Positions 9,433-18,964 of a stretch of 43,236 nt of DNA are shown here, one piece after another. The position numbers and the translations under genes are program-made. How positions within the stretch are numbered: position 1 is the stretch's first letter; each line of letters begins with the position of its first letter. The notes below the pieces were generated by a model, which made no database searches, was not told where the DNA came from, and worked only from the letters and a program-made list of their open reading frames with translations. The DNA comes from Candidatus Altiarchaeales archaeon ex4484_96 (lineage in GTDB: Archaea > Altiarchaeota > Altiarchaeia > IMC4 > QMZM01): NCBI GenBank assembly GCA_002254405.1, contig NJDH01000002.1:1-43236 (forward strand), written 5' to 3'.

Positions 9433-10023
9433 ATGGAGGAAGAAAACCAGCTGAACCTGAGGGAAGAATACAGCAGTATAATAAATTCCCCGCAGGATAA
9501 GGGCAGGCTGAACCCAAGACATGTTTTTTTCCCCGCCATACTCGCCGGCTTAAGCATCAGCGTAATAGCATACTTTTGGGATATAACCCAATATGGTATT
9601 TTATTCGCATCCTTTGGCTCATCAGCTTTCATATTATATGTCACACCCAATGCCAAACAGGCTCAACTGAGAAACATACTAGGGGCTTATCCGCTGGCGG
9701 GATTCTTCGGTTATCTGTCTGCGACCTACATAATGCCTTACATAAATTTCGCGGATATCACATTCGATTACGCGGTTACGGGGGGTATAGCCGTCATGTT
9801 GACCACCCTGGCAATGCTTACCACCAGATTCGAGCACGGGCCGGCGGCGGGAGCAGCCCTCGCCTTCGTGATAAAGGAACCTGATGTGATAGCTGTTTTT
9901 CTTCTGATAGGCGGAGGCATCACCCTGCTGATAATAGCCAGAATATTAACCTTTATGGTTAAGGAGGAATACGAGCTAGAGCAGGCCATTAGACATACAC
10001 TGCATCTGGGTGAAACAAAATAA
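9433..10023 (+). CDS. HPP family membrane protein
   Basis: ASFGSSAFILY..P....AQLRN, EHGPAAGAAL (HPP-like), about five hydrophobic segments. Confidence 0.8.
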   Translation: MEEENQLNLREEYSSIINSPQDKGRLNPRHVFFPAILAGLSISVIAYFWDITQYGILFASFGSSAFILYVTPNAKQAQLRNILGAYPLAGFFGYLSATYIMPYINFADITFDYAVTGGIAVMLTTLAMLTTRFEHGPAAGAALAFVIKEPDVIAVFLLIGGGITLLIIARILTFMVKEEYELEQAIRHTLHLGETK

Positions 10024-10048
10024 CTTAACTCGCTCCCTAAATAATTAA

Positions 10049-11197
10049 GTGAACACTAAATCAAAGATTTACCTGAAAAAAAGATTCAAAAAATATTTCT
10101 GGGACAACATAATCGATGCACCTGATGACATAGAACACCGTGAGTTTGGAACAGGGACCCTGGATGCTAAAATAAAGGTAAGGCATAAATCCTTCAAATC
10201 AGCTAAGGAACTCTCAGGTTATCTGAAAAGAGAAGCACCCTACTTCATCTCCTATTCTGCAGCATACTATCGTTTCCCGGAAAACCAGCCTATGGAAAAA
10301 AAGCAATGGATTGGAGCAGAGCTGGTATTCGACCTAGACAAGGAAATGGATTATTTTATTGAAGAATCACTCAACGAGGTGAAAGAGGAGGCCTTAAACC
10401 TATTCGAGTTTCTATTAGAGGATTTTGGTGTTAGAAAAAAAGACATCAAAATCAATTTCTCAGGCAGCAAAGGATACCACATTCACGTCTCCAACCCCCA
10501 GGTGAATGCCTTAGACAAAGACTCAAGACAGGAATTAGTTGATTACGTTACCGCCAACGGATTTGACCTCGATTATTATTTTACCAGAGAGGCTGTAAGC
10601 GGCGTAAACCTAGGGGGGCGGGGAGATTTCCACTCCAAAGACGATAATACCGCAGTAGTCAGAGGCCCAACCGAAGGGGATACAGGCTGGGCTAAAAGAG
10701 CATATGATGTTGCAATGGACCTGGTTTCATCTGACGAGGATAAACTGAAAAAAGAATATAAACTAAGAACAAAACAGGCGAAAATAATAGCCAGCAACCG
10801 AGAACATAACCAGCGCTTTCTAAGGGAGGGTAAATGGGATGCACTAAAGGGTTTAACCAAGCATATGAGAGAAAAGATTATTGAGCGCTATGCTGTTTCA
10901 ATGGTAGAAGACACCGACCGGATGGTCACAGCCGACACCTCACGACTCATCCGGCTCCCCAACACGCTTCATGGAGGAAGCGGGTTAATAGCCAAAAAAA
11001 CAAAAAACCTGGAGTCATTCAATCCGCTGATTGATGCAATAGCATTCAGCGAAGACGAAGTTGAAGTTATTGTGAAAGAAAATACACCCGCATTCCACCT
11101 AAACGAGAACACATTCAAACTTCGGAAAGGAAAAAACAGGATACCAGAATATGCAGCAGTCTATCTGCTTCTCAAGGATAAAGCCGAAATCGCGTAA
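10049..11197 (+). CDS. priS: DNA primase small (catalytic) subunit
   Basis: HREFG, YSAAYY..P, ELVFDLD, FSGSKGYHIH, D.SRLIRLPNTLH; GTG start. Confidence 0.95.
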   Translation: MNTKSKIYLKKRFKKYFWDNIIDAPDDIEHREFGTGTLDAKIKVRHKSFKSAKELSGYLKREAPYFISYSAAYYRFPENQPMEKKQWIGAELVFDLDKEMDYFIEESLNEVKEEALNLFEFLLEDFGVRKKDIKINFSGSKGYHIHVSNPQVNALDKDSRQELVDYVTANGFDLDYYFTREAVSGVNLGGRGDFHSKDDNTAVVRGPTEGDTGWAKRAYDVAMDLVSSDEDKLKKEYKLRTKQAKIIASNREHNQRFLREGKWDALKGLTKHMREKIIERYAVSMVEDTDRMVTADTSRLIRLPNTLHGGSGLIAKKTKNLESFNPLIDAIAFSEDEVEVIVKENTPAFHLNENTFKLRKGKNRIPEYAAVYLLLKDKAEIA

Positions 11198-11200
11198 AAA

Positions 11201-12079
11201 CTAGATACCATAAAGCTTCGAGATAAAATCAGGGGCGATAATGTCTCTAACCAGAATCGCACCCGTATGCACGTGTATATCATCGCCTTCTATTATGATG
11301 TTTCCTCCATCGAATGTTATCTTATTGGATTCAGAGCTATTGAACCTTATCGAGGGCGTTAATTCACTGCAATCAAATAATTCCCCTGTTTTGTTTACCT
11401 GCTGCAGGGCGCTGCTAAAAGGCTGGCTAACGCATTTGGAGCCGTTCATCGAATAGGGGAAAATCAAAAGCATGTTTTGTTCCATCGACTCCCTCATCTC
11501 CTCGGGTGTTATCACCCCATCGTTGTCTAAATCTTTAGCCTGGGCTGTAGCCGCCTGAAGATAACCTAAAGCCCCCAACACATCACCGTATCCTGATACT
11601 GCATCAACCCCCAGCCTTGAGTCAAGCAAAACATTAACACGCTTCCATTGTCCTGAAGCACGATAAATAATATCAAGATCATCAGGACATGATATGTTAT
11701 CCCTAAGGCAGGCGAAAGCATGACAAGCGTTAAGCAGGCTATGAGATGAATCACCCTCTATCAATACAGAATCCCCTTTAATGTAGACGCCAGTGGAATC
11801 TGCTTTTCTTACGTCGATAACATGACCCTGGCGGTCAGGCAGTGAAATAGCAGACAACTCAAAGTTGCAGGTCAGTATATCCCTATCTGCTGAATCCCTC
11901 AGATTGATGTAGCGCCAGAGCGTAACCTCACTAAAAGGTATATCCGACTTAATGCTCACCCCCGCAATATTGGTCTGATAGCTGTAGTCCGGGGTGCTGA
12001 ATAGATAATATACTGCCAAAACACCGGCGACAAAAAAAAACACCGCAACAGCAATATATTTAATCCTCTCCGCGTTCAT
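11201..12079 (-). CDS. Hypothetical membrane-anchored exported protein with EF-hand-like loop
   Basis: N-terminal TM helix, several Cys, DLDNDGVITPEE loop; no recognised family. Confidence 0.75.
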   Translation of the reverse strand: MNAERIKYIAVAVFFFVAGVLAVYYLFSTPDYSYQTNIAGVSIKSDIPFSEVTLWRYINLRDSADRDILTCNFELSAISLPDRQGHVIDVRKADSTGVYIKGDSVLIEGDSSHSLLNACHAFACLRDNISCPDDLDIIYRASGQWKRVNVLLDSRLGVDAVSGYGDVLGALGYLQAATAQAKDLDNDGVITPEEMRESMEQNMLLIFPYSMNGSKCVSQPFSSALQQVNKTGELFDCSELTPSIRFNSSESNKITFDGGNIIIEGDDIHVHTGAILVRDIIAPDFISKLYGI

Positions 12080-12106
12080 CTTGACTTATATCATCCGACC
12101 CGGTGA

Positions 12107-12799
12107 TTAAATATCATATCTTTTCGAGCCATAAAGCTTGTTCACTTCTCCGACGACGCTGCTGAACGCAACAATCTCCCCCTCACATAAGCCAAAATAT
12201 ATTTCGGTGACCACAGAACCGACCTCGGATAAAACATTAGCTAGCTTCGAATCCTTCAGGAAGGGGGCGCAAATCTGGGAGTAATATGATACACTTTCAG
12301 CGGAATCGGCTATAGATTCCAAAAGTTTTTTGTTTTTGTAGGCGGCCGCCAGATTACCTATCAGGCTGTTGGGGTCTAGTTTCGAAAGTCTTGACTTTAT
12401 CTTCTTAATGTTGTTTTTATCCTCTAGTTTCTGTAAATCAGATACTAAATCAGTTAATAGCGTTTTTTTTGTGCCGGCATCCCCCAGCAGAATCTCCAGC
12501 GCCTCATCTCTTATGGCCTCATATTCCCTGTCAAAATCCTTCTTTGGGTTAAAGTTATCCACAACATAGGCCTTAAACTCGTCCAGGCTCTTGTTTCGTT
12601 TGTGAACCGCTTTTCTGAACTCATCATCTGATTCATAATCCTTTGAAAGCACCCTCTCAAAGGCCTTAAAAAGCTCATCTATTCTCTCCTCGTCCAGGTT
12701 CTCCGGTGCCGTACCCAATAAAAGCTCTAATCCTGTGAAAAAAACCTTCTCCAGCTGAAATATTCTCTCAGCAAGTATCGAAGCGTCTTCATCGGACAT
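12107..12799 (-). CDS. Hypothetical acidic helical protein
   Basis: Long ORF filling the gap; start taken at MSDEDAS to avoid overlap with divergent trm5. Confidence 0.75.
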   Translation of the reverse strand: MSDEDASILAERIFQLEKVFFTGLELLLGTAPENLDEERIDELFKAFERVLSKDYESDDEFRKAVHKRNKSLDEFKAYVVDNFNPKKDFDREYEAIRDEALEILLGDAGTKKTLLTDLVSDLQKLEDKNNIKKIKSRLSKLDPNSLIGNLAAAYKNKKLLESIADSAESVSYYSQICAPFLKDSKLANVLSEVGSVVTEIYFGLCEGEIVAFSSVVGEVNKLYGSKRYDI

Positions 12800-12847
12800 A
12801 TTGATACTATATTTCTCAGTCTCATATAAATAAACAAGTAACTGAAA

Positions 12848-13843
12848 ATGCATCTGAAGGTGAGGAAAAAAAACGGGGAAGAAATCAGGAATAAACTCCT
12901 TAAAATGGATGCATTAGATAACATGCGCAGGGTGCAATCAGACGATGAGTATATTTATTTCCCTCTGAAAAAAAAGATGGTATTGCCCAGCACCACAATA
13001 GTTGAAAAAGAGGGATTAGCCAAAAAACATAAACCCCGCAGCCTGCGGGAAAGCCTTGAAGGTAGGCTCCCCGATGAATTGATGAATAATCTGCCTAAAT
13101 CATTTGACCTGATTGGGGACATCGCCCTGCTTGAGATACCTGCGCCGCTATTAAATAAAAAAACCATTATTGGTGATGCACTGCTTAATTCCTTCAAAAA
13201 CATCAAGGTCGTAGCCAGGAAAAAAACATTAATCAAAACCAGATACCGCACAAGAGAGGTTGAGGTTCTCGCAGGAGAGAATAGAACAAAAACAACCCAC
13301 AGGGAACACGGCTGCATATACCTGGTGGATATCAAATCCGCTTATTTCTCACCCAGGCTAAGCCACGAGAGAATGAGGGTCGCTGAACAGGTAAGTGAAG
13401 GCGAGAGAGTTCTGGTCATGTTCGCGGGCGTGGGACCTTATGCTATATTAATAGCCAAAAAAAGAAACCCTAAAAAGGTTGTTGCAGTTGAATTAAATCC
13501 CGAAGCCGCAGAATACATGAAAAAAAACGTTGCCTTAAACAAGGTTAAGGTTGATGTTATTGAAGGGGATGTGAGAGATATAACCCCAAAACTTGGATTA
13601 TTTGATCGCATAATCATGCCTCTTCCCAAAGACGCCGGAGATTTTCTTGATGTGACTTTACCGGCTTTAGATGAGGGAGGAACGGTTCATTACTATGATT
13701 TCGCAGCCGATGAAACAGAAAGCAAAAAAAAATTAGATAATAAAACAAAAAAACTCGGATACAAGATAAAGATACTTGATTCAGTTAAATGCGGCAGCTA
13801 CAGCCCCAACCTGTATCGGACATGCGTGGATTTTAAGCTATGA
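12848..13843 (+). CDS. trm5: tRNA (guanine37-N1)-methyltransferase, Trm5/Met10 family
   Basis: SFDLIGDIA, T.HREHG, YFSPRLSHER.R, MFAGVGPYA, ELNPEA, DRIIMPLP. Confidence 0.9.
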   Translation: MHLKVRKKNGEEIRNKLLKMDALDNMRRVQSDDEYIYFPLKKKMVLPSTTIVEKEGLAKKHKPRSLRESLEGRLPDELMNNLPKSFDLIGDIALLEIPAPLLNKKTIIGDALLNSFKNIKVVARKKTLIKTRYRTREVEVLAGENRTKTTHREHGCIYLVDIKSAYFSPRLSHERMRVAEQVSEGERVLVMFAGVGPYAILIAKKRNPKKVVAVELNPEAAEYMKKNVALNKVKVDVIEGDVRDITPKLGLFDRIIMPLPKDAGDFLDVTLPALDEGGTVHYYDFAADETESKKKLDNKTKKLGYKIKILDSVKCGSYSPNLYRTCVDFKL

Positions 13844-15559
13844 TTGCTGGATGTAATAGTATTCGCCTGTGCTTTTCTGCTCCCGGTCCTTCACAGAACC
13901 CGGTTTATTGGCTCTAGGCCGCCCTGAATCAATATCTCTCCTGAAGGAAACATCCATCTGCTTCAGAAACAGATTCATCCCATCCCTCAGGCTAAGAGAA
14001 CCTGAAGCACTGCCTTCAACCCCGGATTTGCCTGAGAAAACCATCAGCTCATCGGATAAATAATCAAGCAGCAGGATGTCGTGGTCTACCACAAGCACCG
14101 TGGTTTTTTTCTCCTGGGCGAAATGGGTCAGTATTTTAGCAAACCTAAGCCTCTCCTCAACATCAAGATAAGCTGACGGCTCGTCCAGCAGATACAGGTC
14201 GGCTTTTTTACTCAAGCAGTCAGCTAATGCAACCCTCTGCAGCTCACCCCCCGACAGCTCATCCAATGAAGAAGCAAGAAGATGGGATAGATTCAGTTTC
14301 TCGATGAAATAAGCGTTTAATTTCAGCGAATTCACGCTATCAGAGGATGTCTTAATATACTGTGGCTTATATGAGACCAGCATGTCAATATCCAGTTTAA
14401 TGTTATCAGGTGATACAACATCAGCCAGCATCTTAACGAAGGTTGTTTTTCCGGTGGCATTAGGCCCAAGTATACCCAACACCTGAGGTTTATATAATAA
14501 GCTGCCTTCCACTATTAAATCAAACCCGGGGTATTTCTTCTCCAGAATAGGATACTCTACCAGCTGCCTTCTCTTGACAGCCTCGTTGGGGGATGCAATA
14601 GTATACGATAATTCACCCCTGAATCTTACGTTCTCTGATTTAAGGAAACCAGACAGATACTCGTTTAAGCCCACCCGAACCCCCTTTATGTTGGATACGA
14701 CCCCGTATGCACCGGATTTACCATATAATATGTGAACATAATCCGATAGATAATCTAACACCACAAGATCGTGCTCGATGACGAATACATTACTGTCGGA
14801 TAAAGACCTGATAGTGCGGGCTACATTAAGCCGCTCCCGAACATCCAGATAGGAGGAGGGCTCATCCAGCAGATAAACATCGGCTTCCCGGATAAGGCAC
14901 GCTGCGATAGCCAGCTTCTGAAGCTCCCCCCCGCTGAGTGAATCAACCTTTTTATTTAGGAAAGAATCCAACCCCAAAGCATCTGTTAATTCCCCCAGCT
15001 TACCTAACTCATCCCGTTGCTTGAGCACATCCCCAGCAGAGCCCTTAACAATACGGGGAATCGATTCCACATACTGGGGCTTATAGACTGCCTTAAGCGT
15101 TCCATCAGCAAGTTTCGACAGATAATTTTGGATTTCATTGCCGCGGAATCTCTCTAAAACCTCATCCCACCTAGCATCGCCTCCCAGATTAGGTTTAAGC
15201 TCACCGGCGAGTATCTTTAAAACAGTGGTTTTCCCGATTCCGTTGCTGCCCACAATCCCCACCACACCATCTTTTGGGGTGGGCAGGTTAAATATCCTGA
15301 AACCGTTTACACCATACTGGTGTATTGGTTCGCTTAGTTCCTCAGGCAGATTTATTATCGATAAAGCACCATAAGGGCATTTTTTAACACATATCCCACA
15401 TCCGCTGCATAGTATTTCACTTATCACCGGCTTACCTGAGTCCTCATCCACTGTTATGGTCTCATCACCTGTTCGGACTTTCGGGCATACCCTCATGCAA
15501 AGCATCCGACAGTCACCGGGCTTGCATCGGTCCCTATCTAAAACAGCTATGCGAGGCAT
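13838..15559 (-). CDS. rli: Ribosome recycling ATPase ABCE1/Rli1
   Basis: N-terminal 2x[4Fe-4S] Cys motifs, two ABC domains (GSNGIGKT, GPNATGKT, LSGGELQ), GRPRANKPGS.KDREQK. Confidence 0.97.
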   Translation of the reverse strand: MPRIAVLDRDRCKPGDCRMLCMRVCPKVRTGDETITVDEDSGKPVISEILCSGCGICVKKCPYGALSIINLPEELSEPIHQYGVNGFRIFNLPTPKDGVVGIVGSNGIGKTTVLKILAGELKPNLGGDARWDEVLERFRGNEIQNYLSKLADGTLKAVYKPQYVESIPRIVKGSAGDVLKQRDELGKLGELTDALGLDSFLNKKVDSLSGGELQKLAIAACLIREADVYLLDEPSSYLDVRERLNVARTIRSLSDSNVFVIEHDLVVLDYLSDYVHILYGKSGAYGVVSNIKGVRVGLNEYLSGFLKSENVRFRGELSYTIASPNEAVKRRQLVEYPILEKKYPGFDLIVEGSLLYKPQVLGILGPNATGKTTFVKMLADVVSPDNIKLDIDMLVSYKPQYIKTSSDSVNSLKLNAYFIEKLNLSHLLASSLDELSGGELQRVALADCLSKKADLYLLDEPSAYLDVEERLRFAKILTHFAQEKKTTVLVVDHDILLLDYLSDELMVFSGKSGVEGSASGSLSLRDGMNLFLKQMDVSFRRDIDSGRPRANKPGSVKDREQKSTGEYYYIQQS

Positions 15560-15560
15560 T

Positions 15561-16202
15561 TTATTTTATATTAGAAGAGTACATTAGATGGTTTTTCTCC
15601 AGATCCCTGCCTTCCCCCAATGGACCGTGTCCTGGCAGTAACCGTTTCACTCCGTCTTTGAGATATAGTTTATGCAGGTTATCCAATGAAATCATAAGTT
15701 TATTGAAGTCCCCCCCTGGCAGGTCGCTTCTCCCTATGCCGTCCCTGAAAACAACATCTCCGCTGAATAAATAACCAGAGTCTCTCTCATATAAACAGAC
15801 GCTTCCAGCACTATGACCTGGGGTGTAGATTACCTTAAGCCGGGCCTCACCTAAATCAATAACATCCCCGTGACCTAATATAACATCAACTTTAATCGGA
15901 GGGTATTGGGTGTTGAACAGATCACATAATATGTGTTTGCTGTCCCCCACTTCAAGATACTCTGCTGCCAGCTGATGAGCGTAAACTCTTGTGTTGTAGT
16001 TTAGCACAATCTGCGATGCGAGGGCAACATGATCATAGTGCTCGTGGGTTAGTATGAGATAGTCTATTTGGATATTTAACTTACTAGTCTCTTTTATTAT
16101 ATTAGCGTAATCTGTTCCAGTATCCACTAAAGCGGTCTTATCTGATTTCACAAGATAGGAGTTGGAGCCATATCCCACGCCCGGTATCGGATAAACCTTC
16201 AT
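15561..16202 (-). CDS. MBL-fold metallo-hydrolase (glyoxalase II-like)
   Basis: THEHYDH, TPGHSAG, FSGD, GRSDLPGGD, PGHG; start at MKVYPIPG. Confidence 0.9.
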   Translation of the reverse strand: MKVYPIPGVGYGSNSYLVKSDKTALVDTGTDYANIIKETSKLNIQIDYLILTHEHYDHVALASQIVLNYNTRVYAHQLAAEYLEVGDSKHILCDLFNTQYPPIKVDVILGHGDVIDLGEARLKVIYTPGHSAGSVCLYERDSGYLFSGDVVFRDGIGRSDLPGGDFNKLMISLDNLHKLYLKDGVKRLLPGHGPLGEGRDLEKNHLMYSSNIK

Positions 16203-16312
16203 AGATAGATACTGTGAACAGGGGATTATATACAAAAATATAAGCCGACGACAGACGAGCCACACACGCAAACGCTAGTGGCTCAAAAAAAGACAAAACA
16301 ACAAAAAAAAAA

Positions 16313-16453
16313 GCCGAGGTGGCAGAGTTCGGACAAACGCGCGGGACTTGAGAAATCCAAACCCCAAGGGGGTTTGATTCCCCCCTAAATCCAATGGATT
16401 TAAGAGATCCCGTTCCCCTCTGGGGAGCTAGGGTTCAAATCCCTACCTCGGCG
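16313..16453 (+). tRNA. tRNA-Ser(TGA) with 54-nt canonical intron (16353-16406, position 37/38)
   Basis: Acceptor GCCGAGG/CCTCGGC, G discriminator, long variable arm; anticodon arm CGGGA-CT-TGA-G^A-TCCCG; bulge-helix-bulge: CTTG/TAAG central helix, two AG^A bulges, AATCCA/TGGATT outer helix. Confidence 0.95.
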
Positions 16454-16683
16454 TCGGAGTATGCCGACGACAAATGGCGCACACCCCCAACCCAGGGAGT
16501 GCACCTTAATCCTTAATAGGTCTTTTCAATCATACAATCTATATAAAAAAGAGGAGAGAGTGATCCCCTCCCACGGTTTAGGTGAAAATCCTTACTCGAC
16601 ATCCACCCAAAAAAAAAACAGGGGAATAACAGGATAGAACCGCTTATTTTTATATACATGTTCGCTATAATAATAGTTCGTTC

Positions 16684-16772
16684 TGGTTTAGCACACGCAT
16701 CTAACCAAAAAAAAAAACCGGCGAGCGGAATATAAGACCGCGAATGGAGTTGGTTTACTCTATTTATCCGGT
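16684..16772 (+). promoter_or_regulatory. Putative structured 5' leader of the rps13 operon
   Basis: Downstream of TATA-like TTTATATA near 16648-16655; ACCGG/CCGGT closes hairpins GCGG/CCGC and AATGGAGT/ACTCTATT. Confidence 0.45.
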
Positions 16773-16808
16773 AATCACACCACAACACCAACAGAATAAA
16801 TAAACAAA

Positions 16809-17315
16809 ATGGCGAAGAAACCCGAGAAAAAAGAAGAAAAAAAACCCAAAGAATCCAAGAAAAAACAAGGAGAGGACTTCAAATACAGACTAAGGCTAGC
16901 AGGATTCATACTAGACGGAAACCAGAACCTGGTAAAAGCATTAACCGGAATAAAAGGTGTGGGAAGACAAACATCCTATGCAGTAATCAAATCACTAAAC
17001 ATGGAAACCCACAGAAAACTAGGCACACTCGAAGACGACGAAGTAACAAAAATAGAAGAAACACTCAAAATCCTGGATAAAAAACTCCCCCCATGGATGC
17101 TCAACCGCCAAAAAGACCCATACAGCGGAGAAAACAAACACGTAATCGGCTCAGACCTTGAGATGGCCAACAGAGACGACATACTCAAGCTGAGAAAAAT
17201 CAAAGCCTACCGAGGAGTCAGACACTCAATCGGATTACCCGTCAGAGGACAACGAACAAGAACCTCCTTCAGGAAAGGAACCACAGTAGGCGTAAGCAGG
17301 AGGAAGACCAAATAA
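16809..17315 (+). CDS. rps13: 30S ribosomal protein S13
   Basis: [37 protein letters not shown]. Confidence 0.98.
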   Translation: MAKKPEKKEEKKPKESKKKQGEDFKYRLRLAGFILDGNQNLVKALTGIKGVGRQTSYAVIKSLNMETHRKLGTLEDDEVTKIEETLKILDKKLPPWMLNRQKDPYSGENKHVIGSDLEMANRDDILKLRKIKAYRGVRHSIGLPVRGQRTRTSFRKGTTVGVSRRKTK

Positions 17316-17317
17316 AA

Positions 17318-17881
17318 ATGGGCGACCCCAAAAAACAAAGAAGGAAATACGAGAGACCCAGACACCCCTGGAAAGAAGAAAGAATCAACCAGGAAACCCA
17401 GATATCAGAAAAATACGGGCTCGTAAACCGAAAAGAAATATGGAAAGCTAAATCCAAGATAGACCGCTTCAGAAAAGGAGCCAGAGAATTCATGGGCTCA
17501 GAAGACCCAGAAACAGAGAAAAAGAAAACCCAGCTGTTAAGCCGCCTAAACAAACTAGGACTCATCGAATCACACTCCCTGGAAGACGTATTAAGGCTTA
17601 AAACAGAAGACCTGCTGGAAAGGCGACTGCAGACTATAGTATACCGCAATGGCTTAGCGAACACAATAAAACAAGCAAGACAATTTGTCGTCCACGGCCA
17701 TATACTCGTAGGAGACAGGATAGTAAACGTACCAAGCTACATAATAGAAGATGGGGTTGAAAACCAAGTGAAGCTGAAAAAAGAAATGAAAGCAGCCGAG
17801 AAACCCAAAAAAAAGGATAAACCAGAGGAAAACAAGGAAACAAAAATAAAACCAGCTAAATCAGAGAAGAAAAAAAGATAA
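17318..17881 (+). CDS. rps4: 30S ribosomal protein S4
   Basis: [47 protein letters not shown]. Confidence 0.98.
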   Translation: MGDPKKQRRKYERPRHPWKEERINQETQISEKYGLVNRKEIWKAKSKIDRFRKGAREFMGSEDPETEKKKTQLLSRLNKLGLIESHSLEDVLRLKTEDLLERRLQTIVYRNGLANTIKQARQFVVHGHILVGDRIVNVPSYIIEDGVENQVKLKKEMKAAEKPKKKDKPEENKETKIKPAKSEKKKR

Positions 17882-17883
17882 AG

Positions 17884-18369
17884 ATGACGGATGAAAAAAC
17901 AAAACCAGATGATAAAGAAACCAAGATAGAGAAAAAAGAGGAAGAAACAGAACCAAAGACTGTAGCTAAACCAAAAAAGAAAAAACAGCTTTGGGGCGTA
18001 CTACACATATATTCCTCCAAAAACAACACAATACTGCATGTCACAGACATAACAGGATCCGAGACCATAAGCTTTAAATCAGGAGGGCAGATAGTGAGAT
18101 CCCAAAGAGAGGAATCATCACCTTATGCCGCGATGAAAGCAGCCAGCTTAATAGCTGATGATATCATAGGCAAGGGAATAACAGGATTGCATATTAAAGT
18201 CAGAGGGCCAGGCGGACACAATGGCCCAAGATACCCGGGTAAAGGAGCGCAGGCTGCTATAAGAGCAATATCCAGAACACCCCTGACCATAGGGAAAATA
18301 GAGAATGTCACCCCCATGTCAAGGGGAGGCTGCAGGCCTAAGGGAGGTAGAAGAGGCAGAAGAGTGTAA
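17884..18369 (+). CDS. rps11: 30S ribosomal protein S11
   Basis: [42 protein letters not shown]. Confidence 0.98.
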   Translation: MTDEKTKPDDKETKIEKKEEETEPKTVAKPKKKKQLWGVLHIYSSKNNTILHVTDITGSETISFKSGGQIVRSQREESSPYAAMKAASLIADDIIGKGITGLHIKVRGPGGHNGPRYPGKGAQAAIRAISRTPLTIGKIENVTPMSRGGCRPKGGRRGRRV

Positions 18370-18373
18370 TAAA

Positions 18374-18961
18374 ATGAAGCTCAAAATAAACAAAAAAACA
18401 GATAATAGAATAGAATTCAATTTAGAGGGTATTGACTCCTGCATGGCAAACGCGCTGAGGAGGATAATAATATCAGAGATACCTATTATGGCAGTGGAGG
18501 AGGTAACATTCTATGATAACTCCTCTGTGATACACGATGAATTACTGGCTCATAGGATGGGTCTGGTTCCCCTGAAAACAGATCCAGCAGGCCCAGACAG
18601 CATTAAAATAAGCCTGGATGTCAAAGGCCCTAAAACAGTGTACGCCGGTGATTTAAAGCTGGCGCAGATAAAAGCCAAAGGAGCAGACAAGAAAACAGAT
18701 GATATAGTAGTATACGATAAAATGTTGCTGGTGAAACTCACCGAAAACCAGAAAATAAAACTCGAGGCAACAGCTAAATTAGGCAAAGGAAAAGAGCATA
18801 TGAAATGGCAGGGTGCTCTAGCATCATATGAGCAAGTAGACGATGAAAAATTCGTTTTCTTCGTTGAAAGCTACGGCCAGATGAAGATTGAGGATCTGAT
18901 AAAAAAATCCCTTAACATATTCAAAGAAAAAATTGAGGGATTCAAGTCAGGTATTAAATAA
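18374..18961 (+). CDS. rpoD: DNA-directed RNA polymerase subunit D (Rpo3), short form without Fe-S domain
   Basis: ANALRRIIISEIP.MA, NSSVIHDELLAHRMGLVPL, G.GKEH.KW, F.VESYGQ; start at MKLKIN. Confidence 0.96.
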   Translation: MKLKINKKTDNRIEFNLEGIDSCMANALRRIIISEIPIMAVEEVTFYDNSSVIHDELLAHRMGLVPLKTDPAGPDSIKISLDVKGPKTVYAGDLKLAQIKAKGADKKTDDIVVYDKMLLVKLTENQKIKLEATAKLGKGKEHMKWQGALASYEQVDDEKFVFFVESYGQMKIEDLIKKSLNIFKEKIEGFKSGIK

Positions 18962-18964
18962 AAA

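Noticed and set aside
9390-9656. 89-aa N-terminal extension of GatE in the ORF track
   Set aside because: Overlaps the divergent HPP gene antisense; GatE homology begins at MDYKKLG (9389)
16513-16791. 92-aa minus-strand ORF between tRNA-Ser and rps13
   Set aside because: No protein-like features, runs through homopolymers and overlaps the probable rps13 promoter/leader
18305-18373. N-terminal extension of RpoD
   Set aside because: Overlaps the rps11 3' end; AAAATG start at 18374 fits the family
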